DNA of 64,000 nucleotides. Source: a virus (lineage: Duplodnaviria; Caudoviricetes). The position numbers and the translations under genes were made by a program. Each line of letters starts with the position of its first letter. Position 1 is the stretch's first letter. Under the pieces are notes generated by a model. That model did no database searches. It was not told the origin of the DNA and worked only from the letters and a program-made list of their open reading frames with translations. Location of the stretch: positions 2,217 through 66,216 of IMG/VR virus record IMGVR_UViG_3300027418_000009; one strand, given 5' to 3'. Below, one piece after another: positions 47,280 to 57,186 of the stretch.

Positions 47280-47335
47280 GACTAGTACTCTGGTTTGTCC
47301 TTCATACCCACCAGCCTGAGTACTAGTCTTTTTTT
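47280..47335 (+). ncRNA. hairpin small RNA or terminator
   Basis: 11-bp perfect stem gactagtactc/gagtactagtc plus T7; TGATATAAT at 47264. Confidence 0.45.
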
Positions 47336-47354
47336 ATGGTATAATCTAAGTATT

Positions 47355-47735
47355 ATGAATCTTTGTTCACCTGAGATATTTGGAGCAGATCCAGCCAGAA
47401 TTAAATGGCAGATTGTTAGAGGAGATACCTCTCCGCTTCGTGTTGAATTTTTAGAAGATGACGAAGTAACATATTTTGATATATCTGATTGGACATTTGA
47501 GGCTACTACTTATGATCCTCAGTCTGACATTCTTGATTCCCTGGAAGTTTCACGTGGAACAGGATATGTTGATATTCTTGCCCCTGCATCTATTACAGAA
47601 CTATGGGGGTTTGGTTTTAAACCAGTTGTAACGGAATTAACTTTTGACCTTCAAGTAACTATTAATGGAGAAACCATTTGGACACCATTGATTGGAACTA
47701 TCTCTGTCCTTGGAGATATTACAGGTAGCCTATAA
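47355..47735 (+). CDS. BppU-like baseplate/tail accessory protein
   Basis: IVRGDT...FDLQV...GTI.V..DIT pattern. Confidence 0.55.
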   Translation: MNLCSPEIFGADPARIKWQIVRGDTSPLRVEFLEDDEVTYFDISDWTFEATTYDPQSDILDSLEVSRGTGYVDILAPASITELWGFGFKPVVTELTFDLQVTINGETIWTPLIGTISVLGDITGSL

Positions 47736-47841
47736 TGGCAGTTGTAAAAGTATCAACTCCTAGACCTGAGTTGCCAGCAGTAATTAAAATTAAGAACAAA
47801 ATATTTAAAGTAAAATCATAATTCCGTGAGATAATCAATCC

Positions 47842-48573
47842 ATGGCTGCTTCTAAATCTATGGACTTTCCCAGTGCAAAAAAGTCTGGCTACGCAGCGCA
47901 AGTAGAACAGAATCAAAATACATACCAAGAGAATACACTATCATTTCTTCCAGTACCTGGACCACAAGGTCCTCAAGGTCCCGCAGGTAGAGATGGCAAA
48001 GATGGAAAAGATGGATCAGTTGGACCTCAAGGCCCAGAAGGACAAAAGGGACAAAAGGGAGAAAAAGGATCTTCTGGACAAAACGGATTAAGTTCTTTAT
48101 CTTCTTCAGGTCAACAAGCAGGTTGGTCTTCATATTTTACAGATTCTGAAATTGAGATTAGGCTAGGAGCAACAAGAGGAACTGACGGATGGGTAAGCCT
48201 ATACATCTCTGATGGAGAAAAGAATGAGGAATTTTTGCCAAAGGACTGTGTAAGTCTATGGAATCCACACTCAAGAATGCTAAATTTTAAAGGACTAAAA
48301 ATAGGATCTCAAGTTTTTGTAACTTACAACCTAGAGTTGACAACCTTTACTCAAAATACTGAAGTCTGGATGAGAACCTTCTTTCCATCACACGAGCAGG
48401 AAATTGCACACCTAGTAGGGTCTTTTAAATATCAACACACCTACAACATATCTATCACACAGCAGGTATTTATTGAAAACCAAAAAATGTGGGGTAACGG
48501 AGCAGTTCCTCAATTAAGAACAGATTTTGACGCATCCGTAATCCTTAATTCTATCTACGTCAGCGTGGTATAA
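47842..48573 (+). CDS. collagen-like tail-associated protein
   Basis: G-X-Y repeats GPQGPQGPAGRDGKDG... Confidence 0.75.
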   Translation: MAASKSMDFPSAKKSGYAAQVEQNQNTYQENTLSFLPVPGPQGPQGPAGRDGKDGKDGSVGPQGPEGQKGQKGEKGSSGQNGLSSLSSSGQQAGWSSYFTDSEIEIRLGATRGTDGWVSLYISDGEKNEEFLPKDCVSLWNPHSRMLNFKGLKIGSQVFVTYNLELTTFTQNTEVWMRTFFPSHEQEIAHLVGSFKYQHTYNISITQQVFIENQKMWGNGAVPQLRTDFDASVILNSIYVSVV

Positions 48574-48580
48574 TAAAACT

Positions 48581-49012
48581 ATGGCATTTCCAGGAGAATT
48601 AAATATTAGTTACTACAAAGGTGACACCTACGAGTTTAAAATCTACCCTAAAAAGACAGATGGCACAGTTTTTGACCTATCTGCATTTATTCTTTTGTAT
48701 GACGACGACTCAAACTCATCAACACCTCAAGTTGCCTATGACACTTCAAAATTTGTTTTTTCTACATCTAGAGGAGCCTCTGGTGTAGCAAATCAAAGAG
48801 CATGCTATTCAAAAATTTCTGATGACAAAACACATATTGTTTGTGCAATTAGACCAGCAGACGGATTAACAATGACAGCAGGAACACAGTATGTTTACGA
48901 TGTTCAGGTTTCTACAAACACTTCTGCAAATGGCTATCCAGTTGTTCATACTCTTCTAAACGGATTTATAACCGTAACAGATCAAGTCGCAACTGGCTCT
49001 GGAACTCCCTGA
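48581..49012 (+). CDS. BppU-like structural protein
   Basis: YYKGDT...YVYDVQV...LLNGFITVTDQV. Confidence 0.55.
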   Translation: MAFPGELNISYYKGDTYEFKIYPKKTDGTVFDLSAFILLYDDDSNSSTPQVAYDTSKFVFSTSRGASGVANQRACYSKISDDKTHIVCAIRPADGLTMTAGTQYVYDVQVSTNTSANGYPVVHTLLNGFITVTDQVATGSGTP

Positions 49013-49024
49013 TTAAGGAATAAT

Positions 49025-49603
49025 ATGGCAGACGTACTTTTATCAACAGACGACATGACGGTACTTGGTGGTCCAGCCTCTATTTCTGTTGACCTTGATT
49101 TTGGTCCTGCTGGAACACGTGGAAGTCTTTGGTATACAAATTCATCAGGCGCCCCAACCTCAACTCTTCCAGTTTCCAATCCAAATGTTTTTGATATTTG
49201 TATAAACACAAATCCAGGGCATGTAGACTATCTATATATTTATCAATACAAAAATGTAAGTGGAACTAATTCTTGGAGCAAGTTGTTTAAACTAATTCCA
49301 AATACTTATAGCGTAAATAGGTCTGTAACTTTTGCAGCAGGAGAACAAAGAGTCAATATTCCCGTTGCAAGCCTAGTCCCATCTTCTATGATTGGAACAG
49401 CAACTTCGGCAAACTTTAACATTCAGTACTCAATAACTGGAAATGACGAACCTCTCGCCTCTTCAGTCTCTGTTCTTCCATTGGAGAGCGTAGATACTGT
49501 ATTATCTCTGCCTTTACTTTTTAAAGCGGTTGAATATAACGGAACAGGTTGGGTAGATTTGGCTAAATCAGTAACAGTCCATCTATTCATTACCGTGGTA
49601 TAA
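49025..49603 (+). CDS. putative tail structural protein
   Basis: GPAGTRGS; position in the structural operon. Confidence 0.55.
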   Translation: MADVLLSTDDMTVLGGPASISVDLDFGPAGTRGSLWYTNSSGAPTSTLPVSNPNVFDICINTNPGHVDYLYIYQYKNVSGTNSWSKLFKLIPNTYSVNRSVTFAAGEQRVNIPVASLVPSSMIGTATSANFNIQYSITGNDEPLASSVSVLPLESVDTVLSLPLLFKAVEYNGTGWVDLAKSVTVHLFITVV

Positions 49604-49622
49604 TCTAAAGTGGTGATAACTT

Positions 49623-50075
49623 ATGACTGAGAACATTGACGGTACCCCAAACGGAACTGGTTTATTCAATACCAAGATTCCAGCACTTTCAGACGCAGCA
49701 GATATACAAGCAGCGCTAAAGTTATATCACTATGGCTCGTATACTTATGACGGTGCCAATACTAACACTTCTTCTTTGACAACTCCATCTATTGCAAGCC
49801 ACTTACAGTCATTATCAAATAGAGTTACTGCACAAGAAAACCTTGGAGTTGGTTCTGAATATAGCGCAACTTTACCTACAACACCAGTAGAGGGATATAT
49901 TTGGATGGATTCAAACTCAACAGCAACAGTTACTCAAATTGTTTCTACTGCAAGTTATCAAACAACCGCTCCAACAAATGGTCTTACTCAAGGAATGCTT
50001 TGGGTAGACTCAGACTCATCACCACTAAAAATGTATGTATACTCAGGTACTGCCTGGTTAGAGATAGGTGCATAA
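49623..50075 (+). CDS. putative tail fibre-associated protein
   Basis: Repeated P.....G..W.D.S motifs. Confidence 0.55.
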   Translation: MTENIDGTPNGTGLFNTKIPALSDAADIQAALKLYHYGSYTYDGANTNTSSLTTPSIASHLQSLSNRVTAQENLGVGSEYSATLPTTPVEGYIWMDSNSTATVTQIVSTASYQTTAPTNGLTQGMLWVDSDSSPLKMYVYSGTAWLEIGA

Positions 50076-50177
50076 TGAGTGACGAAAGAGATCAGATGTT
50101 AAAAGAAATTGCAATTGCCAAATTTGTTGAACTAGGATTTACAGAGGCAGAACTAAGAGCATTGGGGTTGAGATCAG

Positions 50178-50807
50178 ATGGCAACAACTAGTAGCGTTGG
50201 TAAAACAGCATACATTTATGATCAAGGTACTGATACTTGGTATCCAGTTTCTGGAACTACAAATGCAGCAGCAAATTTTGACTGGTCAGGAGCACACTCA
50301 TTTGGTTCTACAGTATCTTTAAATGATGTTGTTGTATCAAAAGCAGGAGTAAATAATTTTGCAACATCAACAGTTAGAGATGCTGTAATCACCGCACCCC
50401 CTGAAGGCCTTGTTGTTTTTGTACGACAAGATGCATCAGGAAATCAAATTAATCAAATTCAATATTATCATGCTGGTAAGTGGAGAAACTATAATGACTC
50501 TTGCTGGCTTGAAACCAAAACTGCAGACTATCAAATAGTTCTTTTAGATGCTGGAAAAACAATTAGAGTTGAGTCATCGTCTAACGTAACAATTACTATT
50601 CCATCTTATGCAACAATCCCATTTGTCGTTGGACAAAAAATTGAGATTGTTAGAAAAGGTAGTGGAGAAGTATCTATCGCACCTGCAGCAGGAGTGACTC
50701 TTTATAGCAAGAATTCAAATAGAAAAATTGCAGCACAATGGTCTGGCGCTGTTTTAGTAAAAGATGATACAAATGCATGGATTCTTATTGGCGATTTGAA
50801 AGCGTAG
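50178..50807 (+). CDS. tail fibre protein with C-terminal W.L.GDL domain
   Basis: C-terminus similar to that of the 59820 ORF. Confidence 0.6.
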   Translation: MATTSSVGKTAYIYDQGTDTWYPVSGTTNAAANFDWSGAHSFGSTVSLNDVVVSKAGVNNFATSTVRDAVITAPPEGLVVFVRQDASGNQINQIQYYHAGKWRNYNDSCWLETKTADYQIVLLDAGKTIRVESSSNVTITIPSYATIPFVVGQKIEIVRKGSGEVSIAPAAGVTLYSKNSNRKIAAQWSGAVLVKDDTNAWILIGDLKA

Positions 50808-50813
50808 GATCAG

Positions 50814-52850
50814 ATGCTTGGATTCCTTGGCTTATGGTCTTCATCAAAAGGTATGGTCTTAGTACCAAATCTTTCTGGACTTACACAGGCACAAGCAATT
50901 TCAGCAATACAATCAGCAGGACTGACTGTTGCCTCAATTATTTCTACAACCTCAACATCAGACTCTAATCTATCAAATAAGGTTGCACTACAAACTCCTG
51001 CATCTGGAACTCTAGTTGATTATGAAACCACTGTTGATCTTTCTATTTATAACTATGTAGCAGTAACAACAACTACCACAACAACTTCTGGCGGTGGCAG
51101 TGGACCTGTAACAACATCAGCCCCAGTTGCAACTATAAGTAATTTAACATATACAAAAACTGGTACTACTACTGGAACTCTTTCTTGGTCTGGAAGCAAT
51201 ATAAATAATTATCTGTTTACTGGAAACTCATCTTTATATCCATCACCATACAACTATGGAGCATACACTGCAACATGGCCAGGAAACCTTGTTAACTTGA
51301 CTGAAGGGCAGTCTTATACAGTCACTATAACTGTGATAAATAGTGCTGGTGCTGGAAACTCACAAACCATTACTTTTGCTCACCCAGTTGTTACTACAAC
51401 TACTACTACAGTTGCTCCTACAACTACAACTACAACAACTACAACAACTGTTGCACCACTTCCAACACTACCAACACCAGTAATTCAAACATATGCTGGC
51501 TGGCAAGTTTATCCAGGATCAGTATATGCAACATTTAACATAACTAACTTTGATTCAACATATACAACAACTTATACTTCTACTCTTGGAACTCAGAATC
51601 CCGAATTCCCCGAAGAATTTATTGTTGAAAATTTAACACCAAATCAATCCTATACGGTTTATATAACTGCATCTAAGGATGGGTATACAAGTTCTACTGG
51701 TTCATCAACATTTACTGCAAATCCTGCAAATAATCCTACTACTACCACTACAACGGTTGCCCCTACAACAACTACAACTACCACTACAACGGTTGCCCCT
51801 ACAACAACTACTACAACAACTGCAGCACCAGCAACTGGTACAGCGTATCTATCATATTGCTTCCTCGGAACCCCTGTAGAAGAATCATATCCTGTTAATT
51901 CCGATAACACGCTTGTACAAGATATTAACCAAGCAATTGCTGCCTACACTTCATTTCTTCAAGGTTTAAATCCTCCAGCAACAAGTATTTCGGTTTCAAT
52001 AGTTTCTCAGCCTGCAGCACCAACAAGTTGTCCACCTGTAAATACAACTACAACTACAACTACTGTAGCACCTACAACTACAACTACAACCACTGTAGCA
52101 CCAGGTGCATTTACTATTAGCGGTATATCTTCAACTACAAATTCTGTAACTTATTCTTGGTCAAACCCTCCAGCAGGAACTGCATTCTATACTGTTCAAT
52201 ACTCTGATAATGATGCAGTCTATCCATCAGAAACAACAGGGTCAACATCTAAGACATTTACTGGTCTTGCTCCAAACACTTTACATACAGTTTTTGTTAC
52301 CGCAAAAAATTCTAACAACGGCTATTTAGCAGATGCCAGTGCTTCTATTTCTACAAGTGGTGCTGCAACAACTACCACAACCACAGTTGCTCCAACTACT
52401 ACTACAACCACAGTTGCTCCAACTACTACTACAACCACAGTTGCTCCAACGACTACCACAACTACAGCATCCCCTGCAACCACGACAACGACAACAGCAT
52501 CCCCTGCAACCACGACAACAACAGGCCTTGACTGCTCTGGAAATACTTGCGATCCAGCACGAAGTTACACTGGCACAAGATCTGTTTCAACATCTGTATG
52601 TGCTTCTGGAACAATGAACACTTATACTTGTTGGACTCCAGGAACATGCGATAATGTTACTACTGACACAGGTTGTGTTGCTACTGGTTCAACTACGACT
52701 ACAACAACTGCAGCACAAGAGGTATCCAGACTTTGTACATCATTTAACGTTGCGAACCAAGACTGTGTATCTCAAGGATGCAGCAGCGGAGGTTGCGGTA
52801 GCGGTTCAATATGTACATCAGGAGTTGAATATAGATGTGCTTACCTATAA
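50814..52850 (+). CDS. adhesin-like protein: PASTA and FN3-like domains, poly-Thr linkers, Cys-rich tip
   Basis: VPNLSGLT..QA...AGL...QTPASGT (PASTA); FTGLAPNT.H.V.VTA (FN3); VAPTTTTTT repeats. Confidence 0.75.
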   Translation: MLGFLGLWSSSKGMVLVPNLSGLTQAQAISAIQSAGLTVASIISTTSTSDSNLSNKVALQTPASGTLVDYETTVDLSIYNYVAVTTTTTTTSGGGSGPVTTSAPVATISNLTYTKTGTTTGTLSWSGSNINNYLFTGNSSLYPSPYNYGAYTATWPGNLVNLTEGQSYTVTITVINSAGAGNSQTITFAHPVVTTTTTTVAPTTTTTTTTTTVAPLPTLPTPVIQTYAGWQVYPGSVYATFNITNFDSTYTTTYTSTLGTQNPEFPEEFIVENLTPNQSYTVYITASKDGYTSSTGSSTFTANPANNPTTTTTTVAPTTTTTTTTTVAPTTTTTTTAAPATGTAYLSYCFLGTPVEESYPVNSDNTLVQDINQAIAAYTSFLQGLNPPATSISVSIVSQPAAPTSCPPVNTTTTTTTVAPTTTTTTTVAPGAFTISGISSTTNSVTYSWSNPPAGTAFYTVQYSDNDAVYPSETTGSTSKTFTGLAPNTLHTVFVTAKNSNNGYLADASASISTSGAATTTTTTVAPTTTTTTVAPTTTTTTVAPTTTTTTASPATTTTTTASPATTTTTGLDCSGNTCDPARSYTGTRSVSTSVCASGTMNTYTCWTPGTCDNVTTDTGCVATGSTTTTTTAAQEVSRLCTSFNVANQDCVSQGCSSGGCGSGSICTSGVEYRCAYL

Positions 52851-52862
52851 AGGAGAAAATAA

Positions 52863-53243
52863 ATGATTAATGATATAGATATAGAGTTTCAGTCTGATCA
52901 AGGTAAGGGGCAGGCATTAGTGTGGGTGATTGATGGAGAATGTTTGTATGATCTTCCATTAAATAAAAACTATGCAAGCATGTTCTTAGCAACAACTGAT
53001 ATACTTGATGTATCAAATGAGTATCCAGATAATGAAGGAATCACTGTGAGATTAATTAATAATGGAGTTACTTTAGAAGATTTTAATACCTCTGAATATT
53101 TTGGAAGTATTCTTTTAAGCAGCCCACAGATATTGGATCTAGCAGACTACCCATATGGCAGGTATGTACAATCTCCAAACGCACAGTTTGATGGTGAGAA
53201 GTTTATAATTTTAAATCAAGACGTTACTGATTTTCTACCGTAG
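52863..53243 (+). CDS. hypothetical protein (VIDG family)
   Basis: ALVWVIDGE...ILLSSPQI, shared with the 63745 ORF. Confidence 0.6.
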   Translation: MINDIDIEFQSDQGKGQALVWVIDGECLYDLPLNKNYASMFLATTDILDVSNEYPDNEGITVRLINNGVTLEDFNTSEYFGSILLSSPQILDLADYPYGRYVQSPNAQFDGEKFIILNQDVTDFLP

Positions 53244-53256
53244 AATAGGATAAACA

Positions 53257-53484
53257 ATGACAAGTCGTTGGGAAGAATACAAAGCAAAAAATGGAGTAAC
53301 TCCATTAGATTTGCTTAACCCAAAAACAAAAAAAGCAGAAAAGACTTTGGGGGAGGAAAGGTTTGAGATATGCAAAGCCTGCCCAGAATTGATACAGGTA
53401 ACCTCTCAATGTAAAAAGTGTGGCTGCTTCATGAAAATCAAAACAGGTCTAGAGGCAGCAACATGTCCAATCGGAAAGTGGTAG
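53257..53484 (+). CDS. small Cys-rich protein (CxxC..CxxCGC..CP..KW)
   Basis: Paralog of 54411..54653. Confidence 0.7.
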   Translation: MTSRWEEYKAKNGVTPLDLLNPKTKKAEKTLGEERFEICKACPELIQVTSQCKKCGCFMKIKTGLEAATCPIGKW

Positions 53485-54380
53485 ATAGCATATTTGTTTC
53501 TATAGCATCATTCCGTGATGCTGAATTAACAAACACCCTGTATAGTCTATTATCTCAAGCAAAAGACTTAGGCAAGATTCACGTTTGTATTTTTTCTCAG
53601 GATGAAGATGACAAACATCCAAAACTAGAAAATCTGTTTGACCTATTTGGAGTATCAGACTACACATATAAAAAGATCAACTATGTAGATTCTTCTGGAG
53701 TAGGATACGCAAGAAATTACATTCAAGATTTTATTAAGCCTGAGCATGACTTCTTCTTGCAAATTGATAGCCACTCAAGATTTGCTGAACACTGGGACGA
53801 GATGCTTGTTGATGATTATAAAAAATGTTATAGTAATTGGACAAGTGAGATCATCCTGACCTCTTACCCACAAGGTTATGTTTATGATGAATATGGAAAC
53901 ACTTATTCTGATAAATTTGAAAGACCTACTGCAGTAAAGGGGGTAATTTCAGAAAGTGAGACACTAAGATATAACTGTAAATATACAGAGTATATTGGAG
54001 AAGATTTTGGAATGCTTACTGGATACTTTTGTGCAGGCATGGTTTTTGGAAAAACAGAGTCTTTTTTAAATACTAGATATGATCCATGTATATATTTTAA
54101 TGGAGAGGAGCAAACCCTTTCTATTAGGTTTTATGAAAAAGGGGTTAAGTTAATTGCCCCGCCAAGGAATTATATTTTTCATGATTACAGCGGTAAAAAA
54201 AGAAAAAGGCAGTGGGATGGAGATCAAGAGGCTCACATCAAAAATGACCAGGCATCTGCTCAGAGACTGAATGATTTTTATACTGGTAATTTGGCTGACG
54301 AACGATACTCTTTAATAGACATCTCTTCACTACAGTCCTGGATAGACTGCTTTGTAGATCAAGATCACCTAGATTCTTGA
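53478..54380 (+). CDS. Gnt1-like (GT60) glycosyltransferase
   Basis: IFVSIASFRD, GVGYAR, LQIDSHSRF, FNGEE; paralog of 45009. Confidence 0.8.
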   Translation: MVDSIFVSIASFRDAELTNTLYSLLSQAKDLGKIHVCIFSQDEDDKHPKLENLFDLFGVSDYTYKKINYVDSSGVGYARNYIQDFIKPEHDFFLQIDSHSRFAEHWDEMLVDDYKKCYSNWTSEIILTSYPQGYVYDEYGNTYSDKFERPTAVKGVISESETLRYNCKYTEYIGEDFGMLTGYFCAGMVFGKTESFLNTRYDPCIYFNGEEQTLSIRFYEKGVKLIAPPRNYIFHDYSGKKRKRQWDGDQEAHIKNDQASAQRLNDFYTGNLADERYSLIDISSLQSWIDCFVDQDHLDS

Positions 54381-54410
54381 TATGATATAATTAATAAAAA
54401 GGGAGTTTTT

Positions 54411-54653
54411 ATGTCAGAAGACAAACCAGTAAGACCTTGGGATATGTTTAATAAAAATATTGGTAGGGTCAAGCCAGAGGTTGCAGAAGCAAGACTTGCT
54501 GCCTGTCTAGGATGTAAGCATTTGATTAAGATGACCAAGCAGTGCAAAAAGTGTGGTTGTTTTATGGAAGCAAAAACAAAACTCCCACATGCAGAATGCC
54601 CTATAGGAAAATGGGGCAAAGAGAAAGAACTATATACAGAGGAGATCGAGTAA
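54411..54653 (+). CDS. small Cys-rich protein
   Basis: CLGC...QCKKCGCFM..KT.....CPIGKW. Confidence 0.7.
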   Translation: MSEDKPVRPWDMFNKNIGRVKPEVAEARLAACLGCKHLIKMTKQCKKCGCFMEAKTKLPHAECPIGKWGKEKELYTEEIE

Positions 54654-54862
54654 TGACAGAGCCAAGAAGTTTTGCCCTAATAGTAGACAATGTAGTTCAG
54701 GCTACATTTGATGTTTCCCCAGAAGCCGAAGCAGCCTTTATAAAAGAAATATCTGGGCTAAATGATATTCCCGTAGGAACAAAATTTAACCCAGATACTC
54801 AGTCTTTTTACTCAGATTTGTCTGACAATCCTATTCAGGAAAGCGATTCATCCATTCTTTAG
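54653..54862 (+). CDS. hypothetical protein
   Basis: MTEPRSFALIVDNVVQ; coupled start. Confidence 0.55.
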   Translation: MTEPRSFALIVDNVVQATFDVSPEAEAAFIKEISGLNDIPVGTKFNPDTQSFYSDLSDNPIQESDSSIL

Positions 54863-55379
54863 TTCTTGGAGTCAAGCCTTTCCAGGCTGACCAATCTTTT
54901 CCACCGTTTGACATATGAAATGCAATTTGTGCATTTACAACGGGATTTAGAAGGTCTGAGTTAGTTACAAGGTTAAACTTGTCTCTACGATCAGGACCTA
55001 GCATGCCAATCATATTAATCTGAAACATACCATAAGAACTGTCGCCAGTCCCAGTATTTCCATTAAATCTGATTGGTTGTCCATTAGACTCTTTTTTGGC
55101 TATTGCCCAAGCCTCCTTTAGATCGTTGCCCCTAAAGCCAACGAGGTATAAAAGTTCCTTGAGTTCACCATCGGTTAGAGAACCCTTATTTTCAAACTTT
55201 TTTAATTTTTGCTCTGTAGAAACACTTAAAGCCTCTTGCGAGGCTTGACTTGTTACAACTACAGGTTTTGTACTTAAGTTGTTGCGTTCACTAGCATTAG
55301 CAGCATTTAAACCTTGTGCTGACATTACTATAATCGTGAGTATTCCGATGAGTTTTTGTTTATCTTGTGTTATGTTCAT
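54831..55379 (-). CDS. exported lytic transglycosylase (lysozyme-like fold)
   Basis: N-terminal TM/signal; AKKESNG, SYGMFQIN, NPVVNA, WSAW. Confidence 0.8.
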   Translation of the reverse strand: MNITQDKQKLIGILTIIVMSAQGLNAANASERNNLSTKPVVVTSQASQEALSVSTEQKLKKFENKGSLTDGELKELLYLVGFRGNDLKEAWAIAKKESNGQPIRFNGNTGTGDSSYGMFQINMIGMLGPDRRDKFNLVTNSDLLNPVVNAQIAFHMSNGGKDWSAWKGLTPRTKEWMNRFPE

Positions 55380-55521
55380 CTGTTTCCTCCTTAGAAACGA
55401 AAAACCCCTTTCAGGGTTGTTACTACCAAGTATAACATAATTTTACCCCAAAAGTCAATTTTGAGCACATTATTTTTAAAATGGCAAATGTAGACATTGA
55501 AAAGTGGTATAATGAATCATT

Positions 55522-56031
55522 ATGACAAATACAAGCGGATCTTTCCCATTACCATACCCAGAGTCTTCTGATCCAGTTAATGTTCATGGAGATATTAAAG
55601 ACTTGGCTTCAGAAGTAAGTCAAACGCTGAGCGCTTTAAATTTATCTATTATTCAAATTAATGTTATAAATAATTCTGGATCTGCAATTACAGCAGGATC
55701 TCCCGTATATGCAACGGGATACACAACAGCAACAACAGTTTCAAAAGCAACACCAACAACTTCCCCAATTCTAGGATTAGCAAAACAAGCGATAGCATCA
55801 GGTGCATCAGGAGTTGTTGTAGTTGCAGGAGTTTTAAACAATATTAATACAAGTTCTTTCGCTAACGGAGATGTTCTTTATGTTGGAGCCACTGGAGGCT
55901 TGACAAACTCAAGACCTGCAGGTGGTTCAGGAGCAGTAGGAATAGTAGCACAGGCTGCTACTGCTGGAACAATTATTGTTGAGGCAAAAGGCAACGGTAC
56001 ATGGGGGGCACTAAAGGCTGGACTAGCCTAA
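55522..56031 (+). CDS. putative structural protein
   Basis: LPYP..SD motif; Gly-rich beta domain. Confidence 0.55.
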   Translation: MTNTSGSFPLPYPESSDPVNVHGDIKDLASEVSQTLSALNLSIIQINVINNSGSAITAGSPVYATGYTTATTVSKATPTTSPILGLAKQAIASGASGVVVVAGVLNNINTSSFANGDVLYVGATGGLTNSRPAGGSGAVGIVAQAATAGTIIVEAKGNGTWGALKAGLA

Positions 56032-56048
56032 TAGTGATATAATAAACC

Positions 56049-56465
56049 ATGGCAACTTTAAGAGGATCTCAAACATCATACGACATAGGAAATAAACCTC
56101 CTACAGTTGTTTGGACTGTAGTTCGTGGAGATACTTCTGGCTTTAAGGTTTATGTAACTGATGATGCAAAGGTCCCGCTAATTTTAAAGGGTGCTGGATC
56201 TGAATGGGACATCGCTATGAAGATTAAAAGACCAACCCTTGCAGCAGACAAAGGAGTCATCACTGATAACGCAACTACAATCATGGCATTGCATCCAGTT
56301 GCAGATGAAGACGATTTAGTTGGAGAGTTTACAGTTTGGCTTACAGCAGAAGAGTCTAATGTCTTACAAACAGGAGACATCTTTGATATTCAAGTGTCAG
56401 ACCCAACAAGAGTTTGGACAGTTGCTCAGGGCAGCATGAAAATTCTTGAAGATGTAACAGATTAA
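56049..56465 (+). CDS. BppU-like structural protein
   Basis: VVRGDT...FDIQV...G.M.I..DVT. Confidence 0.55.
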   Translation: MATLRGSQTSYDIGNKPPTVVWTVVRGDTSGFKVYVTDDAKVPLILKGAGSEWDIAMKIKRPTLAADKGVITDNATTIMALHPVADEDDLVGEFTVWLTAEESNVLQTGDIFDIQVSDPTRVWTVAQGSMKILEDVTD

Positions 56466-56689
56466 TGGCCACAGCAATAATTCTTGATGAACTAAGTAAC
56501 AACACAAAACGAATTTTCCCAATTGACTACCCAGTAGTTCAAATAGAAAACCTTGAAAGAACTGTATCTATAAGCGAAGTATTACCCTTTAGGGTTCGTT
56601 TTACAGCAATACAGGTACAGGCAATTGGCTTAGGAAATACCCCAGCAATTCCCCTACAAGTAATTGGATACAGCAATTACATTCTTTAA
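56465..56689 (+). CDS. hypothetical structural protein
   Basis: Coupled ORF. Confidence 0.55.
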   Translation: MATAIILDELSNNTKRIFPIDYPVVQIENLERTVSISEVLPFRVRFTAIQVQAIGLGNTPAIPLQVIGYSNYIL

Positions 56690-56719
56690 TTAGTTAGAAA
56701 TAGATGCTATAATACCATT

Positions 56720-57169
56720 ATGGCTAAGATATCAGTTTCAAGCGTTAAGGGGTTATTCCAAACAGGTGATAGACCCACTCAAGAAAATTATGTAGATTTA
56801 ATTGATACCCTTTCATCCCAAGCAACAGAGTTGGGATCAGCAGGTAACAACAACGAAAATACAATTGCGGATATTCAAAACGTAACTGTAATTGATAATT
56901 TTGATGCCACACAATGGCGAATGGTCAAGTATATTATTTCAATATCCAAGACTACAGCAGGGGACAATAAGTTCTATGCAACCGAAATAAGTATTCTTGT
57001 TGACGGTACAGATGTATCTGTTAATGAGTATGGAACAATCGACAATGATGGGAATATTGGCACCATTAATGTCTCTCGCACTGGAAATACCGTGGCTTTA
57101 TCAGTCACTCCAGATCCTGCGATCAAGCCAGTCACCGTACGATATGCTCGTATGGGACTTAAGGCATAA
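56720..57169 (+). CDS. tail-associated protein
   Basis: FQTGDRPT..Y.DLID; C-terminal domain resembles that of the 57187 ORF. Confidence 0.6.
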   Translation: MAKISVSSVKGLFQTGDRPTQENYVDLIDTLSSQATELGSAGNNNENTIADIQNVTVIDNFDATQWRMVKYIISISKTTAGDNKFYATEISILVDGTDVSVNEYGTIDNDGNIGTINVSRTGNTVALSVTPDPAIKPVTVRYARMGLKA

Positions 57170-57186
57170 CTAAGGAGATATAAAAA

